This document shows, piece after piece, positions 56,722 to 64,000 of a DNA stretch of 64,000 nt (within the stretch, counting starts at the first letter, position 1; every line of letters begins with the position of its first letter). The stretch covers positions 1,178,001 through 1,242,000 of the forward strand of contig CM022674.1 of the NCBI GenBank assembly GCA_012295275.1, given 5' to 3'. The position numbers were made by a program, and so were the translations under genes. This DNA is from Chrysomallon squamiferum (taxonomy: Eukaryota > Animalia > Mollusca). Under the pieces are notes generated by a model, which worked only from the letters and a program-made list of their open reading frames with translations, was not told the origin of the DNA and searched no databases.

Positions 56722-57975
56722 AATATTTATTATTATTTAATGAGCTAGAATCTTTGTATAAAGAAATAGAAGAAAAATACATATATTCTGACCAATGGAT
56801 GGTATATACGTAAAGACATAAACAGGTAGGAAGAAAAGTTACAAAACAAACAGATAAACACTTGCACGGATGATAAGACAAGTAGGACAGACTTGTATTC
56901 ATACGTCAAACTACGAATGTAGAGATACTGACACAGAGAAATGGACGACGGATTGACAAAAGGAAGGAAGGAAGGATGAATACATATACCAGCATCCATA
57001 CATATATGCATATATGCAGATCTACATACTCAAGCAAGTTTATACTTATCGTAATATTTCTCATGATAAAATTTTATTAACGTTATTTTGCAATTCCTGT
57101 CTTATCTTCTTTTTTGTTTTTTCCACGTTTTTCACCAGACGTAATTCTTAGTTTGTAAGTATATTTTTATTGTTAATTCAAAAAAAATAATAATAATTTG
57201 TTTCCATCCATTAATCATTTTATTTATTTTAGTAAATTATTTTCATCTAATTCATCAAAATTATTAATAGTATTATAATTTTTATTTATTTTTTGTTTTG
57301 TGTTTCACTTTTAAATATCTGCATCTAATTCGCGATATAATAATCTCTAATGTAATTTCTTTCTTTTTATTTTATTTTTATTTTATTTTTATTTTTTTCC
57401 TGTTTTCTGTTGTTGAAATTTATTTATTACGTAATACATCTTCCTAATTGCTTCTTTCTTTTTTTTTCTTTGTCATATTTGTTTTTCTCTTCAAGCTCGC
57501 TCTCTCTCTCTCTCTCTCTCTTTTTTTTTTTTTTTTTTTTTTTTCGCACGTAATTGCTTGTTTGCCTTTCAGCCATTCTGATCAACAAACCGATCCATGA
57601 ATTTTTTTACAGGAAAATCAAAAAAAAAGGAAAAAAAAAGAAAAAACAGGATTGCGCCTACGATGATTATTATTTATGACGATCGAATGCTAAGAATTTA
57701 AAGGCTTCTGCGTTTGTATCAACATTCGCTGTTTGTTTTTATTGCCGGCGAGAAAACAGTCGAAATGAACGGGCAAACAGTAAGTGACCAAAGATCTCGT
57801 GCGTTATCGCGAGATAAATTTCCACTGTTGACAGGTTTGTTAATGTCAGCTGCGTAACAAACGCAGAAAGCAGTTATTGTGAAGTTAGAGTTTCAAACCT
57901 TGTGAATTATCATTTCCGTTTTCGTTTACTTTATTTCGTTTTTGTTGTCCTTTTTATTTCCTTTTTTTTTTTTTA

Positions 57976-58033
<58 letters not shown>

Positions 58034-58070
58034 TATTATTATTATTATTAATTATTATTATCATTTACTT

Positions 58071-58123
<53 letters not shown>

Positions 58124-58632
58124 GAGAGAGAGACAGATAGAAAGAGACACACAGACACACACACACACATATATATATAAAAGTAAATCAGGAACAAAGT
58201 ATAAATCGACTACAAATCTGTAAATACAATTGCTATGTTTTATGATTGTATGTCTATATGTGCCAGTGTATATGTGTACATGTGTCTGTGTGCGTATGTG
58301 TGCGTACGTGCAAGTCTATGTATACGCTTATGGTTGTCTGCATAAGAGTACTGTTACATTGTTATTATGTGCTATTTTCTTGTGCGGAAAAATTGATAAC
58401 GAGGAAAGACTTTGGAAACAAGAGTTCTGGAAAACTGGCGATGCCTCTGTAAATGTCAAGGGCTGATTCTGTTTTCTTTCTCTAAAATTATTTAACTACT
58501 GGGTAGAGCTGCACTGGTATTAAGTACTTCAAACATCTCGAGTTTTTTTCTAGACAACGTGTCTCACCTCGAACGTTTATTTAAAAGCAAAAATTCATGA
58601 CACAGATTATTATATTCTATACATGTATTTAC

Positions 58633-58709
<77 letters not shown>

Positions 58710-59749
58710 GACAGAGAGAGAGAGAGAGACACACACACATACACACACACATACACACATAAATATGTGTGTGTGTGTTATAGGAAATCTATATTAACAG
58801 GATATATGTACAGTTCCAGAAAAGTTCAGATTCTGTGTGTAAACTGTGATTAACTGTGGACACGGGTAAACGCAGTAGCTTCAAACAGATCATCCTCAAC
58901 CTCTAATCGACGGAGAATTTCAGGAGAAAGGCTACATGAACACACGACGAAACAAATCTGAAAATGTCGAGCACTTAATTTCTCTGTGAAGGCTGAAGAT
59001 CTTCTGAAACTGAACAAATCTTGAGTCCAACATTCCATTCAGTTCTGTTGTTATATTCTAACCAACCAACAAACAAACTAACCTGTTCTTACTCTCACTT
59101 TCCCTTGGCTCTGTTGATGCTCTGTGATTACACATGTTTTCTGAAATTTTCACGAACTACACATAAATCCTTATAACACGTACTTCACTGTAACATATAT
59201 AAACCGCTCTGGAATGTGCTCTAAACTAGACAGAACGTAAAGTTACAAAACAACAACAGATATGGTCCGTGTCTTTAAAATTAGAAGAGATTGAACGATG
59301 AGATGCCAACCACGTACCTGTTGTTTGTTTTCCAATTAACCGCCTAAACAGAACGGGGTCACGTGTTAAGTATATATATTTTTTTTTTTGTTGTTTTTTT
59401 ACCACGTTTCATGAAGGTAACGTTTATATCAGACGTCAATGCAGGAATTAAGCGCACCACGGAAATACGATAAAACTTCAACGATTTTCAGAAGTTATTG
59501 AACCGAGAAGAAGATAAACTGTTAAAAAAAAAAAAAAATGTGTCTCCGACTGTTTTACGAGATCTTGTTTTCCTACTCAGTCTTTCTTGTTAATTGTTTT
59601 CCTACAGAGAAAGGAGGGCGCAGATCAAATAAGAGTTTCATTTACTTCAGTTCTTAAAACAATTACGAAAATTTGGTTTTCTTTCTTTAGTGTTTGTTTC
59701 TCTGTTACATTCTCTTTTATCTGTCTCTCTGCCTCTTCCTGTTCTATGT

Positions 59750-59867
<118 letters not shown>

Positions 59868-59970
59868 ATATATTTCCCTCAGCTGCTATGACAGTCTGTT
59901 TGTCATTCTCCTTTTGTTTGGTACATAAGTAAGTTTATAAGGACACGAATATATACTACACATACATACA

Positions 59971-60004
<34 letters not shown>

Positions 60005-60307
60005 CATACTCGTACAAACAAACACACACACACACACACGCACACATATACACACACTCTAAATTCTGAGTTAACTTCTTGTGTTAATCTTAATCAAAAT
60101 AAACGTGATTAAAACAGACGAAGTTCTCCACCTCTGTCAAGTCGACTTCGTTTAATTTCAACTTCAGCCGACCGTTCTTAGGAGTCCTCCTAAATTGTGG
60201 TAAACAAGCGAAAATCAGTCAGTTAAATCTTAGACAGATTCTTAGAAATATTCTTTTCTTTTCACCTTCTCTCTCATTATCACTCCATCTTATTTTCTCT
60301 CTCTCTG

Positions 60308-60386
<79 letters not shown>

Positions 60387-60897
60387 TTCTTTCTTTCTTT
60401 CTTTTCTTCCTTTCTCTTTCTCTTTCCTTCATCTCTTTATCTTATACACTCCTTCAGAGACACACAGACACTTACACACTCACGCTCACTTACACACACA
60501 CTCACACACACAGACACACTCACACACAGACACACACACAGACACACACACTTTATTCCAATCACTCCTTTCAATTTTTTTTTTTTTTTTGTTTGTTTTT
60601 TAACTTATAGAATATAAGATAAAATTTCAAAAAATATATATTTCTTTTTCTCTTGGTTTCGTACTTTTGATATCTTTACTTGTCTCTCTTTTGATTTTTG
60701 TTCTCTTTCTGCCTTTTCATCTGTCAGTTAATCTATCTACCTATCTACCTATCAATCTAATTCCTTTTATTCGCTTCTATTTGTTGTTTTTTGTTGGGAT
60801 TTTTTTTTTTTTTATTGTATTTTTTATTTTTTTTTTTTTTTTTTTTTTTTTCGAAACGAAACAACATAAAAACTATATTAGTTGCGGTTTTGTCATT

Positions 60898-60947
<50 letters not shown>

Positions 60948-61271
60948 AATCCCTTTAGGGTAAACCAGAAGAAAAAAAAAAAAAAAAAAAACAAAAAAAA
61001 AAATTTTTTAGCATAGTACAGGAAATTGAACGTTTTTTTTCATTTTTTATTTTTTTTATTTTTTATTTTTTATTTTTTATTTTTTGGCTTTCAAGCAGAT
61101 TTATAATCTCCCGGCAGTTAATCAACGTGATACATTGGCGTTTGTTGGTCTGCAACATTTGCCACTGGAAACGTACGTTAAATTACACACGTGGGATACA
61201 GAATTAGTAATCTCTAGCTAAGTATGATATATCAGCTTTTGCTCTTACATCTAAGTGTCAAGAACGTTCAG

Positions 61272-61328
<57 letters not shown>

Positions 61329-61440
61329 GATGCACTTTGTTTCTTAATTATTATTTTTATTTTATTTTGTTTGATTTTTTACATTATTATTATTATAATT
61401 ATTATTATTATTATGATTTTTATTATTATTATCATTATTA

Positions 61441-61580
<140 letters not shown>

Positions 61581-62061
61581 TGGAAGACTTGTAAATGTAT
61601 TTACCACTTTTATGTCAGTTTCCTTTTTTGTTGTTTTTTTTTTTTTTTTTTTTTTTGTTCTCTTTTGCTTTAATTATTGCTTTGATCGTTTCCAAACATA
61701 ATTAGGTGGATTTAAATCTCTTTGTCTGTCTAACGATCTCTCTGTCTATCAGTCAATCTATCTATCTATCTATCTATCTGTTTTTATCTATCCATCTTTC
61801 CACATAAAATTTCTGAACGATTCTTTACCGTTGAAACAAATTAAAATTTCCTTAGCAGAAGACTCAGACTTCTTTTAGATTTCAAATGTAAATATCAAGT
61901 CACAGTTTGGTGTTCATAGTCTTAGTGTTCAAGTGTGTGTGTGTGTATATATAACCAAACAAAAACTTAGTTCTTAGGACTGGATTCTTAATAATAATAA
62001 TTCTGTCAATAATTTCAAATGTGTTGTGTGTGTGTGTGTGTTGTTGTTGTGTGTGTGTGTA

Positions 62062-62135
<74 letters not shown>

Positions 62136-62924
62136 GTTCTCAAAAACGATAGTACCACACTGGTTGTTATTGTTGTTGCTGTTGTAGTTGTTGTAGTTGT
62201 TGTTGTCGTCTGAAGGGATCTGTCGATGTCTAAACATGATAATCTGCAGTTTTCCAAAGCTAAGATAAGATATAGTGGTCTTGAGTTAACAGAACGTTTA
62301 CGATTTATGTATTCCTAGTTTGTGGGGCTCACAAACATTTGCTGTTTTATCTTCTATAAATGTTCACAGTTAATATCTTTAAACCCAGTTTGTGGTGGCT
62401 TCTAGAAACAGTTATACTTGACGACCTGTACATATGTTCTGTTTAAGATTTAACTATGGACTCTACATAATCATCATTATTATAATTACTACCACTACTA
62501 CTACTATACTCTTATTTATTGTTATTATTATCATTAATACTACTATTACCACTATTACTACTATGATGCTGATGTTGATTATTATCGTTATTATTATTAT
62601 TGTTGTTGTTGTTGTTGTTGTTATTATCATTATTATTGCTGCTGTTGTTGTTGTAGCTGTTATTGTTGTTTTTGTCGAGTTGCTGCCATTGTGTTTGTTC
62701 TTTCTGTCGCTGTTACTGTTGCTGTTGATGTTGTTGTTGCTGTTTTTATCGTTATTGTTGTAGCTGTTGTTTTTGATGCCATTGTTGCTTTTTCTGTGTT
62801 CGCTACCGTTGTTCTTGTTGTTGCTGTTGCTGTTGCTGTTGTTGAGATGCAATATATTACGTGTTATTTTAGCTGAGCTGATGGCTTGCTGTGTTTCGTA
62901 TTTCAACCGGATTTTCAATGGATG

Positions 62925-62938
62925 GTTTCCATGGTAAC
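62925..62938. promoter_or_regulatory. RFX X-box consensus match
   Basis: GTTTCCATGGTAAC followed by a GTAGCAAC half-site. Confidence 0.4.
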
Positions 62939-63299
62939 AAGTAGCAACGGCTGTTACACATGAATAACCTCCCACCTGTGTGAGCTGTTTTTATCTAATA
63001 ACAGGTGAGGCTGGCAGTCCATCAGAAATAACTGATTATCTTTTGTTAATTTGTTGTTAATTGTATTGTTATTATTATTATTACTACTACTATTACTACT
63101 AATAGTATTAGTATTACTACTAATGCTACCACTACTACTATTATTATTAATTCATTAATTAATTAACTAACTAATAGCATTGTTGTTCTCCTTGCTACTG
63201 TGCTGTTGTTATTATGTTTTTGTTATTACTGACTCTTCTTATTGAGTTACCTGTTTTATATTATCATCGTAAAATATTTGAAATGTGGTACATTTTTGT

Positions 63300-63332
<33 letters not shown>

Positions 63333-63538
63333 TATTTGTTATAGGTGAGAATTAGTGTGTTCATATATCTGCGTGTCAGCTTGTATGTCTCTGTGTGTTG
63401 TGTGCGTGCGCGCGCGTGCATGAACACACGTACACATGCACATATATACATATATATAAATATATAAACATACAGAAATACAGATATATATATATTCAGA
63501 CATACATTCATACAGACTAACACACGTTTAATCGTACG

Positions 63539-63817
63539 TACATACATACACACATACATACATACATAGATACATACATACATACATAGATACATACATA
63601 CATACATACATACATACATACATACATACATACATACATACATACACACACACATACATACATACATACATACACACATACATACATACATACATACATA
63701 CATACATACATACATACATACACACACACATACATACATACATACATACACACATACATACATACATACATACACACACACATACATACATACATACATA
63801 CATACATAGATACATAC
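63539..63817. repeat. (TACA)n microsatellite
   Basis: Directly visible. Confidence 0.95.
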
Positions 63818-64000
63818 CTAACTTTGTGGGGGGAAGACTATAAGAAATATGCAATTCTTAAATACCAACCTTGTCAATTAAAAGTGCAAATCTGACGTCA
63901 ACAATGGAATGACGTCATTCATAGTAGTAAATGTATATATTCGGATGGAGACGATATAAATATCCTTTGAGGTTAGCAATTATTAATACTATTTTAATAA

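Noticed and set aside
58850-59320. 62-aa minus ORF and donor-like sites (gttagt ~59081, gtacgt ~59318)
   Set aside because: No recognisable protein; could be GPCR 5' non-coding exons but unsupported without RNA data

Overview
AT-rich, microsatellite-dense eukaryotic DNA with spliceosomal GT-AG introns. It is a metazoan, probably a mollusc such as an octopod cephalopod; this is inferred from repeat content and gene families, not proven. Three protein-coding loci are supported. (1) A 12-coding-exon cationic amino acid transporter (SLC7A1-3/slimfast-type CAT, ~629 aa) on + at 126-17122, plus a second, homologous terminal exon at 41632-41927 that splices in phase. (2) An unrecognised 4-exon gene on - (30806-24931, ~968 aa): helical N-terminus, ~23 Ser-rich 13/14-aa repeats and a C-terminal tail anchor. 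It would be nested in the 26.5-kb intron of the long CAT isoform. (3) A single-coding-exon myosuppressin-receptor (DmsR)-like class A GPCR on - at 50400-51491. The rest is satellites and minisatellites (several built from TF-site or splice-signal words), a decayed LINE 3' fragment, tRNA-derived relics and simple repeats. Nearly all other ORFs in the track are microsatellite translations. All exon structures were assembled by hand with no RNA or database evidence.
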